A DNA stretch of 64,000 nucleotides from Vermamoeba vermiformis (taxonomy: Eukaryota), in assembly GCA_045837725.1 (NCBI GenBank), contig JBEWZL010000109.1:62001-126000 (forward strand), written 5' to 3'. The notes below the pieces were generated by a model. The model was not told the DNA's origin, ran no database searches, and saw only the letters and a program-made list of their open reading frames with translations. A program made the position numbers and the translations under genes. Shown in pieces: positions 35,175 to 49,050 of this stretch (within the stretch, counting starts at the first letter, position 1; each line of letters begins with the position of its first letter).

Positions 35175-38073
35175 TTATTTCTTTTCTTGCAATCGCTCGT
35201 TACACCTGTTGATGCGACTCTCCAACAGCGTGACATGCGCTGCCACGTCATTGCGCCCTGATTGCTGCAAGGCCGCGCGTGAGTCCTCGTAGATCTTCAG
35301 TGCGCGGTGGTAATCGCCCTGGCGGTACACGGTGTCTGCAAACAATGTGCGCACTTTGATGGTCTCGAGGCGATCAGCACCAACGGTCTCAGCCAAGATG
35401 TCGTGGGCCTTGGAGAAGTACTCTTCAGCCTGTGTGTGCTCATTCTTAGTAGCATGATAGACGCCGAGACTGCGATAAATATTTGCCGTCTCTGAAGACA
35501 CTAACGTTAATTACGCTGTAAGATTTAGTTCGCTTAAGTAGCTCACCTGAAGTGCGCGGGTTGGGACCAAACGTCGCTTTGTAAATGTTAAGTGCGCGTT
35601 CAAAGAGTGCTTTAGCTTCTTCAGGCTTATTGTAAGCATTCTTAACGACACCTAAGTTCATCAACACTGTGGCAATCTCGCGGTGATTGGGGTCATAAAT
35701 CTTCTCGACGATTTCAAGGGCCTTTTGGAAGCACTCCTCAGCTATGCATGAGTTAGCATTGCAAAAATATTAATGTAGCTGGCATCCCTACCTTTGTTAA
35801 TTCGTTTTTGTGACTGATAAAGATAACCTAAGTTGTTATATGACGTGGCAACTTGATTGTGCACTTCACCGTACATCTTTTTCTTTAACTCCAATGCCTC
35901 CAAGAACATTTTTTCAGCCTGACAATCGGTTAACACAACATTATAATCACTATTGACATATTGATTACCTCTTCGTATTTGCCCTTAGACGTGTAAATGC
36001 TGGCCAAGTTACCAGAGACGAGTGCGCGGAATGCAAACAGAGCCTCACCACCCTGTCATCCTATTGGTCAGTCACGATGCCACAATCAAGCTGTAGTTCA
36101 ACACACCTTGTCGCCAATAGAGAGTGCCTTGCGGTAATATTCTTCAGCTTTGTCGTCGTCCCCGAGTTCGGTGGACACAGTGCCAAGGTTGTTGTACACG
36201 GCACCGACTTCAATGCTCAATTCGCCGTACTCTTCGCGGTGCTTTTGAAGAGCCTATTGCGAAGATATGAGTTAGCGACGATATACTTGTTGGATACTAG
36301 CTGCGTACCTTGGTGTAGTAGTCCTTGGCAGCGATGAGATTGCCCGTGCGTTGACTCAACTGACCGAGCTTGACGAACACTTTGCCCTCGTCGTGCATGC
36401 CACTGCCGGTCTGCAGCTTCAAGGCCTGGTTGAAGATATGGCCGGCCTCATCATAGCGCGCGAGTTCCATGTTCATGTTGCCGAGTGTGAGGTACATGTC
36501 GCGCGCGGACTCGGACTTGGCGCCGTACAACTTGACGACATCTTGCACGGCCTCTTTCATCTTCTGCAAGCCCTTGTCAAAGTCTTTTTGCTTCAAGTAC
36601 ACTTGCGCCATTTGCTGCAAGATGTCAACGCGCAACAGGCCCGCTGACTTCTTGCCCGATTTTTCAGCTTTATTGCCACTCAGCACTGTCGTCACGTAGC
36701 CGTGGGCAATGTCATAGTGATCGAGTGCCTTTTCGTAGTCTTCTTGTGTCCTATAAGCGGTGGCAATGTTCAAGTGCAAATAGCCTGACAGCGAGAACAG
36801 CTCGTACATGCTGCTTTGATTCGCGGACATGACGTTCTTTTCGATAATATCAACGCCCTTATTAAAGGTATTGATAGCGTTTTTCAAGTTGCCTTGTGAC
36901 ATTTCAACAAATCCCTGTGGAAATAAATCAAAATAAATATCTTTGCCATAATTTTTTCACAGCAGATCTCGCCACTTTGATATTACCAACTGATTATAAG
37001 CCTCTGCATATAAATTGACAATAAGCTCTGGTGCTATTTTCTGTTTCTCGACGTGCTTGACATAATCGACTTTTTGCGCCAATATCTTTTGAGCAGTTTT
37101 CCAGTCCTCTTTGAACACACAGAACTGCGCGTACCGAGTGACAATGTCGAACATTTCCTCGAAATCAACGTCGATTAACTTGATCTTGGTCGCGAGTTCC
37201 ATTTGACGCTTGTACAGCCGTTCAACTTGCTCGTTCTTTTTCATGAACGCGTACAAATCAATCATGCTGCCGACTGTCTTGTTGATGGCTTGATACCGCT
37301 CGGAGTATTCTCTCGGACTCAATCGTTCGAACACTTCTAATGCCTCGGCAAAATAGTCCTCCGACACGTTCACTGGTGCCTCAGACAACAAATCCACGTT
37401 GGGATCTAATTTTGTGTCTGCTTTTTTCAAGCCTAGAATAAACTCATATCAATTGCTGCTTAGTCTATTAATATCTTACATGCAGCAAATACAGCTAATA
37501 ACTCTTCAGTGGTGCCGTTCCTAGAACAAAGTCAGATCTGGTAAAATGTTTTTTTTGGATCTAGTGTACTTACTCGGTACGTCCGCCAAATAGACCAGCA
37601 AATGCGATCAATGGAGCAGATGATACAGTTAATAGGGCAGCTGTCTTATAAGAGCTCACCGTTGTGCGCATTTGAGTGAACGCACGCGAGCAGATCTGTT
37701 GTAAAGGACTGTTCGTCACGTGAACATTTTTCTTCGGCTTAGTTGTGATGTTTTTGCATTTAGTGGTGTTGTACGACCGTCTGCTAGCACTTCTAACAAT
37801 GCTCTAATGAAAATAAAATTAGATCAAAAATTAAAAATAATCAGAGGCCAGTATATTTAATAAATGGCATTGGTCAATGGTATATATAGATTTATTCGCA
37901 TGAAAAAAATATTTAAAATTAATTGCTGGATTATTAAAGGTAAATTGTCACCGATCGGTTTGTAAACTCACGCTTTTGACAAGCAGCAATTAATTCAATT
38001 CAAAAATATTATTTGTACTATATTGTTGTTTAATTACCTTGGTCCCCAATCGTGTCAATTGTTGTACGTTCAT
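35175..38073 (-). CDS. TPR-repeat protein (kinesin-light-chain/NPHP3-type repeats), presequence-like N-terminus
   Basis: Repeated ATSYNNLGYLY, LMNLGVV, YRSLGVYH, VYNNLGTV units; R/S/T-rich N-terminus. Confidence 0.85.
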
Positions 38074-38553
38074 TTTTGACACGAGAAAATGATTTGGTTT
38101 GTATCTGTCACTCGTATTCAGTTTATTGATCAACGATGATTATAGCGACCAATATACACATTGTTAACCTCGAAATGAACTTTGAATTGCCCTTCGAACG
38201 GTGAAGAAGATAACGAGCTGAGATCGTGACATTGGCTTCTTTATTCTCCTGCACGGTTCGCCTTGCAAGCATTACTTCTATGGCCCATAAATTTATATAT
38301 CAATTGCAATTGCATAGTACAGCTCTCACGTTCTATGCCGGTCTCATGAATAATTTTTGGTAATTATTTGAATTAAATTGGTTTGACTTACGGTAAGTCT
38401 TAATCTCTCTCATCAAACCGAGTTATCTATCATTATGTCTCTACTAATATAGCGTTAATTAGGCCTGCAATCTGAGCGGAGCGTAAAATTTAACGAAGAT
38501 TTTGGCAATGATTAAATTTTAGCTCGAGAACACTAAATTTAATTAACCGCAGC

Positions 38554-40204
38554 ATGGAGTACACTAAAATCGACTTGGAAGACGGCAGCAATGCTGAACT
38601 GATCGATCTCAATCGTGCAGCAAGCACTCCAAACGCAGATTTGAAGTCTATCAAACGCGACACCCGTGACCTGCTTCGTCTGCTCGAATCATCGACTTCG
38701 CCTACTGTTGGTATTATAGACGTGTCGCACAGTGGCTGGGTATATCGCAAGAAACTCAACGGCGAATGGAAAAAATACTTTTGCCATCTGGATGGAAACC
38801 AATTGTACTTCTTTGACCATCCCGGCGTAAGTAACATTTTAACAATATTATACTATACTTGTGTGATATTTCCCGAATTTTTACTGAATTTTGAAGCGAA
38901 TTTGAACGCGGATCAAAATTGTACTAACGGTCGTTGTAGCAAGCTGAAAAGAAACACGCTATTTTGGACGTGATATTCGTCAAGTGGATGAAAAATGACG
39001 ATAGTATGGCTATGCCAAGCATTCTCAGCCAAACAATGTGGTCTGCGTTAGTGATCGCTTCTGGCCGAATTGTCCGCCTTGGATTTGAAGACGAAGAAGC
39101 ATCCAAAGGCTGGATGGCTGCTTTTGAACATATGCACCAATCACGCTACAACCCAGGTGAAATTACCGATAAAGAAGACTTGATTAAGGTGAGTTTGAAT
39201 GAGCAGCAAATATTGATCGGGACTGAATTCGAACTTTACAGGAAATTGAACCGTTGGTCGCTGAGACTGAACGCCTCAATGCCCTTCGCTGGCAAGCTAT
39301 TGTATCGTCTTTGAAGCAATCTGGTTTCTTTGCCGGCTCCGATACAGAGATCAGACAAAAGGTACGCAGATCAGTCTTGAAATTTATAGGCTAATTAGAG
39401 TCTTATTATAGGAAGGATACTTAGAGCTATTGCGCGTCAAAGACAAAGGCGGCAAGAGTCGCAAAAAGTTGTACGTAGTGCTGTTCAAGGACTACTTGTA
39501 CATGTTCAAGCTGCACATGCCCACCAAGTTGACGAGTCCGCCGTACTCAATCATTGCACTGACTGCCATCACTGCTATTGACAAGGGCCTCGAGGACAAG
39601 TAAGACATATACCCTGCTTAGTATTGTCACCAAAGACTCATGACCCTCGTGCAGCTTCATCATCCAAACTGTCACGCAAACATTCGACTTTTCTGCCAAG
39701 CACGATGTCGCAGTCGCTGAGTGGATCAATGCTATTAACAAGCTCAGACCTGCTGTGCACCGTACGTCATTCCATCACGCGTATGATGACTTCGTTAACT
39801 AATAATGCTCGTGAACAGAAAAAACAGAGCGCGTGCAAGTGGACACGAAGGGCTACACGTACTCAAAGCCCCTTGAAGGCCGCATGACACTCGTTGAAAT
39901 ACGCCCTGACAGCAGCAAGAGCAAGTCACACAAGATCAAAGGCTCTCGCGTTGTGATTGGTCGATCAAACTCGGCTGGTATTGCCCTCGAGGATCCCTAC
40001 GTGTCACGCAGTCACTGCAAGATCAAGGTCTCGAGCAAGAACATTCCATTCGTCGTGGACTTGGGCTCGAACAAAGGCACCAAATTGAACGGCACGAAGA
40101 TCACTAAAGCACCCCTCAAGCCTGGTGACGTCATCAAAGTCGGCAAGACCACTCTGACTTTCACTGTCAAAGACGCCGATACTATCTTCTCGATCAGGGA
40201 CTAA
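38554..40204 (+). CDS. PH-PH-FHA domain protein
   Basis: HSGWVYRKKLNGEWKKYFCHLDGNQLYFF...WMAAF; EGYLELL...YVVLFKDYLYMF...WINAI; VVIGRS...VSRSHCKI...DLGSNKGTKLNG. Confidence 0.85.
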
Positions 40205-40397
40205 GCAGCCAATTGGCTACGAGTGAGATCCGTCACTATTCTGTACTTTAACATTTCAATTTTGTCGATCGTAATGCAACTTCGGTTGTAAAGATCATTT
40301 TCATCTATTTTATAATAAATAAATGTTTATTCACATCATACTATTTACATTCGGTTACGCAGTTCGCGTGAGGAAGTATTTCAAAAATCACGCGGAT

Positions 40398-42427
40398 TTA
40401 AACAGCGTTGTTAGGGGCGTAGAGTTGACCATTGAACTCAGCACCAGCTTGTTGGTACATCGGGTTGTTGTTTGCACCGTCAATGGCTGGAGGAGCAGGG
40501 GCTTGGGCAGGAGCGTCAGCACGTGGCGCAAACTTCCAGACCAACAAACCAATCGCGACTGCAACAGCTGCAGCACCGACCACTGATACGACAACAGGCA
40601 CGACAATGCTGTCATTGCTGTCGTTGTTCGGAGTGGCAATTTGCTGGTCAGAAGGAGTGAGAGTGCTGGGAGTGATGATGACTGAGGGAGTGTTGGAGTT
40701 GATAGGGGAAGGCGTGACAACAGTGCTGTTGCAGGTCGAGTTGTTCGGCGAGAGACTCACGACCTGACATTGACCAGACCCCAAATCACAGACACCAATG
40801 TTGCAGTTGTCAGACAAGTGCGAGCAGACCTTCAACTTGCATTGATTGTTGCAGCAGTCATTGTCGACTTTGTTGCCGTCATCACACTCCTCGTTGTCTT
40901 GCTTGATGCCATCACCGCAGAAAGCTGCACGAACAAGCGTTAGATATCAGCGCCATCGAGCAGTACTATGCTATACTTACGAACAATAGGCACGCAGTCA
41001 GGAGTGGTAGCGTTGTTACCGCAAATACAGGTGTTACCGCAGCCGCAGAAACCAACACCGTTGCAGTCATTGGGGCACGAGGACTGAGGACCGCCACTGC
41101 AGATCAAAGGAGTGACGCGGTTGAGCACAGTTTGGAGCTCAGAGAAGCTGGGCGAGAGGAGTGCCAAGTCATCAGAGGTAGCAATTTCACGGAGTTGAGG
41201 CAAGTCCAGATTTCCAACTGCAATAGTCACAATGACAACACCATTGGCCTTCAATCGATCAGCCACACCAATAGGCTCAATACCCATATTGTTCTACAGC
41301 AAACATTAAAAGATTGGCCAAAGAAATAAAGATTTTGTTGCGTGCGTACCTCACCGTCACCAATCACCAAGATGAACTTGGTGACATTAGCACGACCACC
41401 GTCTTGCAATACTTTTTCAGCCTCTTCAAGACCCTCACCGAGAGCGGTGTACGAGTCAATTTTGACCATGTTGTCGAGTGCATTGAGTGCGGCTTGAGCA
41501 TCACCAGTCAATCCAATTTCGCGATGGGTGTAGTTGCTGAATTGAACGATGCCGACGTGAGTTGATTCGCCGATGTTGAGGAAGGTCAAAATATCACGAG
41601 TGAATGACAACAATTGGCCCCACTCGCCCTCTTCCACACTGATGGAGTACGAAGAGTCCAACAACAAAACGAGATCCATCACCCTGAACGCGAAAAGTCA
41701 GCAAATTATTCGCATATCTGCAATGACTAGTCAACTAACTTACTTTCTGCATGTAACGGTACCAGTGCACTCGGCAGGGGCGACAAACAACGCTGGATCC
41801 GGTTCTTCAACTACCACATTGCTCAACACAAAATCTTTGCCAGTTACTCCGTTGCTGTCAATCACTTGGAAGCGATACAATGCACCAGTAGAATCGATGA
41901 ACAATCGAACTACGAATGAAGCGGTCTGTGTGTTCGAGTATACTGTGCAGGGTGTAGTGGATTCGGAACCAACTCTGACTTGGCTGTCAATGTGTGCGCA
42001 GTCTTGCGATGAACCAATATAGGCCGAAGAGTTGGTCGTGAACAGAATGGGCTGCGCATCTTCGTAGAATGACGCGTCACACGAGTCACAAATAAAACTC
42101 TTTTGGTGCTAAAACTCAAAATATCAGAACGAATTTTATTAAACGTCTTATCTCGGATCTAAACCACCGCTACAGAACTAGACGTACCTTATTATAATCA
42201 ATAATCTCCGTAATATTGTGTCCGCCGCTCAAAGCGACATCCAATCTTTGCACGCCGTTGTTGTAGTTGTAGTAGATAGTACCAGTCGCCGCCACACTGT
42301 CAAAATATCCATCAAAATGTGCTTGAAATGCACTGGGCAGTGTTGGCATTGCATTTTGCAGCTGATCTGCGCGTACAATGTTAGATCCAAGCAGGATCGT
42401 CAAAAGAAGTAGTGAAAATGCTCGCAT
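40398..42427 (-). CDS. Type I membrane receptor: signal peptide, ependymin-like domain, vWA (MIDAS), Cys-rich repeats, TM, NPxY tail
   Basis: PTLPSAF...GTIYYNY...QRLD...PDPALFVAPAEC; DLVLLLDSSYSI, VGIVQFS, TALGEGL, LVIGDG; CPNDCNGVG, CGDGIKQDNEECDDGN; TM VVPVVVSVVGAAAVAVAIGLLVW; NNPMY. Confidence 0.85.
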
Positions 42428-42956
42428 GTGGGGGTAATAGAAATAAATATAATGTGCTCTAAACGACTAAATTAATTAAATCACCCACAAGAGCTGTGTT
42501 GGTTTCGGTTTGGTTGTGTTAATGAACGAGTCAAAAATAATTGTTATGCAGCCAGGTCCGCAATCTTTGTCAGACTAATTTTGATTAGATTTCATATGCA
42601 AACCGAAAGTAATTCTATAAAGCGTGCGTAGAAACACACAATTACAAAGCAAGAACGACGAATTTCACCGAAAGGTAATAATGGAGATAAGCGAAGGAAA
42701 TTTCAACAAATTTGCCGCAAATTAACTGCGAGTGTGCTTTGCTCTTGCAAGGTATTTTACTCGCATGTAGCGCTGTTAACTTTCGTACAATTTTCTTTAT
42801 TTGCCAAATCGCTATTTATAATTTTTAATTAAAAACTCACGTGTTGGTAGCGGATCCAGATCTGACACCGTTGTTCTTCTAGCAAGGCGTAGTATATGGT
42901 ACAAAAAAAAACAAAAAGTAGCAGTGAAATAACTAAGTTAATAGCGCTTATCGAAC

Positions 42957-44449
42957 TTAGTCCTGGAAGGCAATGTTGTTCAAGCCACCAATGCTCGTGA
43001 TGCGTGACTCGATGGATTGATCCAGTTTGTTGACTTGTGCCTTAATTTTCTCCGCGGAATAGGTATACTTTTCGAGCTTTGCCCGTCGTTCCTCCTACAA
43101 CAAAGTAGTTAGTCATAGGTTTCTAAGTCGTAGGTCGGATCCACACAACGTACCATGGAGACGTCTTCATCGTCGTAAATCAAGTTGAATTGAGGCTCAG
43201 CCTTCTCAGTCGGAGCTGGCTGTTGCGTAGGTGTGGGATAAGGATAGCCTACGAACAAGAACCATTTAACAATCATTATTCGGTACTTACGAACTCCTCA
43301 TCAGAGGTGCAGGTGTTCATTATTATGTTACTAAATAACACAATTAACGTGCACAAATAAATCGTTATGAAGTGATTTGTACTCCCTGCGCAGGTGCACT
43401 CTGACGAGTATTGTTATTGAACACCTACCTTGTGGTTGAGCACCTGCGATTGGAAACAGCGGTTGTGGCGGTCCTGCTGGCGGCATTCCCATTGGCACGT
43501 GTGCGCCATAGCCAGGAGGTGGGATGCCCATACCAGGAGCCATCGGAGGCATTCCTGGAGGCATTCCTGGAGGCATTCCTGGGGGCATGCCTGGTCCGGG
43601 CATGGGGGGCATGCCAGGGCCCATCGGTGGCATTCCCATCGGACCCGGTGGCATGCCGTAGCCTGGCGGGTAAATAGGGCGGCATACCAGGGGCACCCAT
43701 GAATGGTCTGTTATGCGTGTTAGCAGTGCTGTACATTAGGCGCGAAGAATAAGTTGAGTGCACGTACGGGTAACCCATTGGCGGGGCACCATAAGGAGGC
43801 AGGCCAGCAGGGACTTGTGCGACGGGAGCTGCGTCTAACTTGCGCTTCTTGGCAGCAGGCTCTGTAGTTAAGATGAAATGATCAATTTCAAGCGCGAGAC
43901 TCGAAGGAGATGCGACGTAACGTACCTTCAGTTGGAATGCCTGCCATTCCGAGAATATCTGTTTTGATTGAGTCTTTGCCAGGTATAGCGTTAGGTACCC
44001 TATTAAGGTGTTAATATTCGGCCGAATAGAAGCGAGGATAAGACTTACTTGTTGACTGTTTGTTTATGGACTTGGAAGACGTGGATGACCATGCCACCGA
44101 CTGAAGCAAGCTTCTTCTTGCATACTGTACATTTAAAGTGTTTTGCTTTTTGATGTTGAATTAAATCTGACTCGGAAGTAAATGGTCGATCGCAGTACCT
44201 TTAAAATAATAAAAAATAATCGTTAGAAAAATTCTATAAATACTTTAAAGCCCTCCAATCCAATGTGCCGTACCAGCAAAATAAGGAGTCATTTTTCTTC
44301 TTTTTTCTCTTTCGTTTCTTTCTGTTTCCGTCGGATTCACTCCAGTCTTCAGATTTCTCGTCGTTTTGGTCATTTGTCGTATCTTGAGTGTCCTCATTAC
44401 CCGTAATGTTCGAGTCCGTATTCTGTACTGAATTGTCGTCTGCGTCCAT
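42957..44449 (-). CDS. ZNF207: BUB3-interacting GLEBS zinc-finger protein ZNF207/BuGZ-like
   Basis: [46 protein letters not shown]-like segment, Pro/Gly/Met tract, [13 protein letters not shown]. Confidence 0.85.
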
Positions 44450-44716
44450 GTTTGCGTTGTTCTGCAGTTGTCACGGATCGAAGGCGACAAGAAAAGTAAA
44501 ATTAAAACTTCTCGCGAGCGTTTTGACTGTCCACGTCAAATTCTTAGCATGGATATCGAAGGCGATAAAATGCAATTATTTGCAAAGCTAAAATAGATAA
44601 TATAAAGGTTACGGCGTGTTGTCGATCAAGATGATCTGGATTGTTTTTTTGATTAATTTATAATCGTTTATTCGCGTTAAAATTATTTACAGACGAAGAA
44701 GTACCAGGACTATGTT

Positions 44717-45103
44717 TTATTCCGCGTCGAGGTCGATGTCGAGACCGTCGTCAGGCAAGCCGATTTGAGATGCCAGTTCGGGATTTTGACGGAGTTCCTC
44801 CATAGCTTGCTCTCCATTAACTAGAGCACGCTTCAAGGGGAAAATAAGCAAAAATGCCGCAGTTGATAGAATCCATATTAAATTGCTTCCAATTTTGAAT
44901 CCAATGAAAGCGAATTTAAATGTGTTTCTCAACACTGTGTTAAAATTGTTTCTGAATACGCCAGGGATTAAATAGGCTCCAATATTTTTAAGGCCACTGA
45001 CTGGCTTCTTCTTGGGCTTCAAGTCCTCTTCCTCCTCTGATGTGGATTCTTCTTCGCTGTAATCTGACTCGGAGTCATCGGCGTATTCCTTGACCTTAGG
45101 CAT
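44717..45103 (-). CDS. TOMM22: Mitochondrial import receptor Tom22-like
   Basis: Acidic N-terminus, then GSNLIWILSTAAFLLIFPL TM with the Tom22 W..ST...L..P pattern. Confidence 0.7.
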   Translation of the reverse strand: MPKVKEYADDSESDYSEEESTSEEEEDLKPKKKPVSGLKNIGAYLIPGVFRNNFNTVLRNTFKFAFIGFKIGSNLIWILSTAAFLLIFPLKRALVNGEQAMEELRQNPELASQIGLPDDGLDIDLDAE

Positions 45104-45565
45104 TATATAATATTTTTATATACGAGTTGTGGTTGTATTGACTTGTGTATGTGCAATCAACTCGCAACAAAAACAATTTGCGTAAATAATTGCAGTTGAG
45201 TTCACTCGGCCATCGCGCGGGGCAAAATGAACGCACCCGCTGCTTATTGACATTTGCAGATATAGCATTTATATGCGTATTAATGGTGGTTGCTACGATT
45301 TCAGTGGCTCGCAAACTTTTCAATAGATCCAGCGGCAGATCTAAGTGGATTTGCGTTAAATTTGCTAAGAAGCAAATCTTCTGCCGCTTTAGCGATCTTA
45401 CATTATGCAACATTGCTGTCGGCCAGGTGCTATTGTATTAAATTTCGTTCTCTTTGACAAGTACATTTCGATTTGAATTGATTTTTAACTTTACATATTA
45501 TTTTATGAAAACAGCGGCAGGATCTGACTCCAGTTCAAAGGTATTCTGATCAAATGGATCCTCTT

Positions 45566-47205
<1,640 letters not shown>

Positions 47206-47466
47206 TCTCGGCTGTCGTTATTCGAATCGGATTATAAAAATAATGTACAAAATTGACCGAATGAGGTGCTTATTCGCTATACAAAAAGAAGTTTGATGGC
47301 GGAGATTGAAGCGAGCAATTTTTGCTTGGCGCATTTTTTTAGCGGCCTCGAAATATGACTGAAAATTATGATACAACTCTAAAAAATTGGTCTTCGAAAG
47401 AGTGACTATGCGATATGTATGTAGACGTAGCTGGTTTACGCAATGATGTTTTATTTATACAAGATC

Positions 47467-48404
47467 TTATGCCAAAAATACAAGATTCAATCCGAGGTAC
47501 TCAAATCCTGAAGGATCTTTGTTCATGAAGTCAACCATTTCTTCTACGTGTATTTGGCCGTCACTATGAGAGAAAAGAAGGTAAGTTACTGCTTAAATAC
47601 TATTTAAACGGCTTGAAAAATTGTACATTTTAAAAATTGAATTTTGAAATACTTACTTATCGGTATCAATCTTCTCAAATACTTTCTCAGTAACTTTCTC
47701 GGGTGTATTTACTTCTTCCGCTACTTTTCCCTCAATTCCTAATTAAAGCAAGAAATTGGTTTAGTTTCAAATCCCATCTCCGCAATATTATCCCCGGCTT
47801 ACCTGGGTTATTCTTGAAAATCACTTCAATGGCATACTTGATATCTTTCTTGGTCAAAAAACTGTTCGAACAAGCTAGTTAGCCAGATCCGTAAGAGGAT
47901 TTTTACGTAATGTTTCGGAACGTACCCTTGTCCTGTTGTGTCGAGGCTGCGGAATGAAAATCGCAATCTAATAGAGAGGTAAGGTTAGTACCTATGCATG
48001 CCGAATAATGATCACAGCATTCGTTTAAATTCAGACGATATTTTAAGCCCGGTTCACATCTTGCTTGCGAACTGGGTCTCAAACCCGCCTAATGCGACTT
48101 ACTTGTCCTCGGGTTTCTCGCTGCTGCACATGGCCATGGCAAGAATGAATTCTTCAAAGTCAATAGTGCCGCTGCGGTCCTTGTCGAAGGCGTGGAACAG
48201 ATGTTCCAAAAAGTCGTCTGAAGCTTGATTGCTCGGCATGGCTTTCTTGCCAAACTCTTTAAATTGCGCTAAATCAATGCTTCCCGAGGGGAATTGGCGT
48301 TTAAACTTTCGGTATTCCCACATCAGCTCTTTACGATCTTGATGCGTTAGCTCTTGGAGCTTTTTGAGAGTTTCTTCGTCGTGGTGCGATATTTTTTGAC
48401 CCAT
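47467..48404 (-). CDS. Myristoylated EF-hand calcium sensor (NCS-1/frequenin/recoverin family)
   Basis: MGQKIS, YRKFKRQFPSGSI, FHAFDKDRSGTIDFEEF, FEKIDTDN-type fourth EF hand. Confidence 0.85.
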
Positions 48405-49050
48405 GGGTACAGCTTACGTGTTAATCGATTCAAAAATGATAAAAAGAAAGGAGTTTGATGGAAATAATTCGGCTATTTATCCTTTTCGGTCACATGGCCT
48501 GAAATATCTCCAAATTTCCCGATGTCCGCTTTCCGGCACCCGCCATTGGATGAAAACCACGTGGTCAGGCTCGGAACAAGCTCCGCTGTTCTTTAAAATT
48601 ATTTTGCCGAAGTCAAATATGGATCCGTTGGTATTGATCCGATGAAAGTTCGCCACTCTTTTATACTTTGCGACCGGACTGCTAACGAATTTTCCATTAT
48701 GACGCAATAATTAACCGGAGTTGCATTATGAGACGTTAATGGTTCGGAGTTAAGCTTTGAAGAGCATAACAGGCAAAGTTTATTGCTCGATCTAAAAATA
48801 AATCAATTGAAACAAATTGAATTAATTCGACAATCAAGTGGACAGTAGTCCCGGACAAGTAACGCCTATTTCGAATGCATTGTAATTGTTTTGGTCACGA
48901 TTAATTGCGTTGAACGTGCGAGCAAAAAAGCTAAACTAAATTGTCACAATAATTATCCGAAACATTGACAGAGATCCACGCTGGTAGTTTAAATGACTCA
49001 AAGAACCACTTATTATCATTAGAGCACCTATTTGTTGAAGTCATTAACGG

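Noticed and set aside
43540-43620. Tandem 12-nt repeats GGAGGCATTCCT
   Set aside because: They encode the PPGM low-complexity tract of ZNF207; not CRISPR or satellite DNA.
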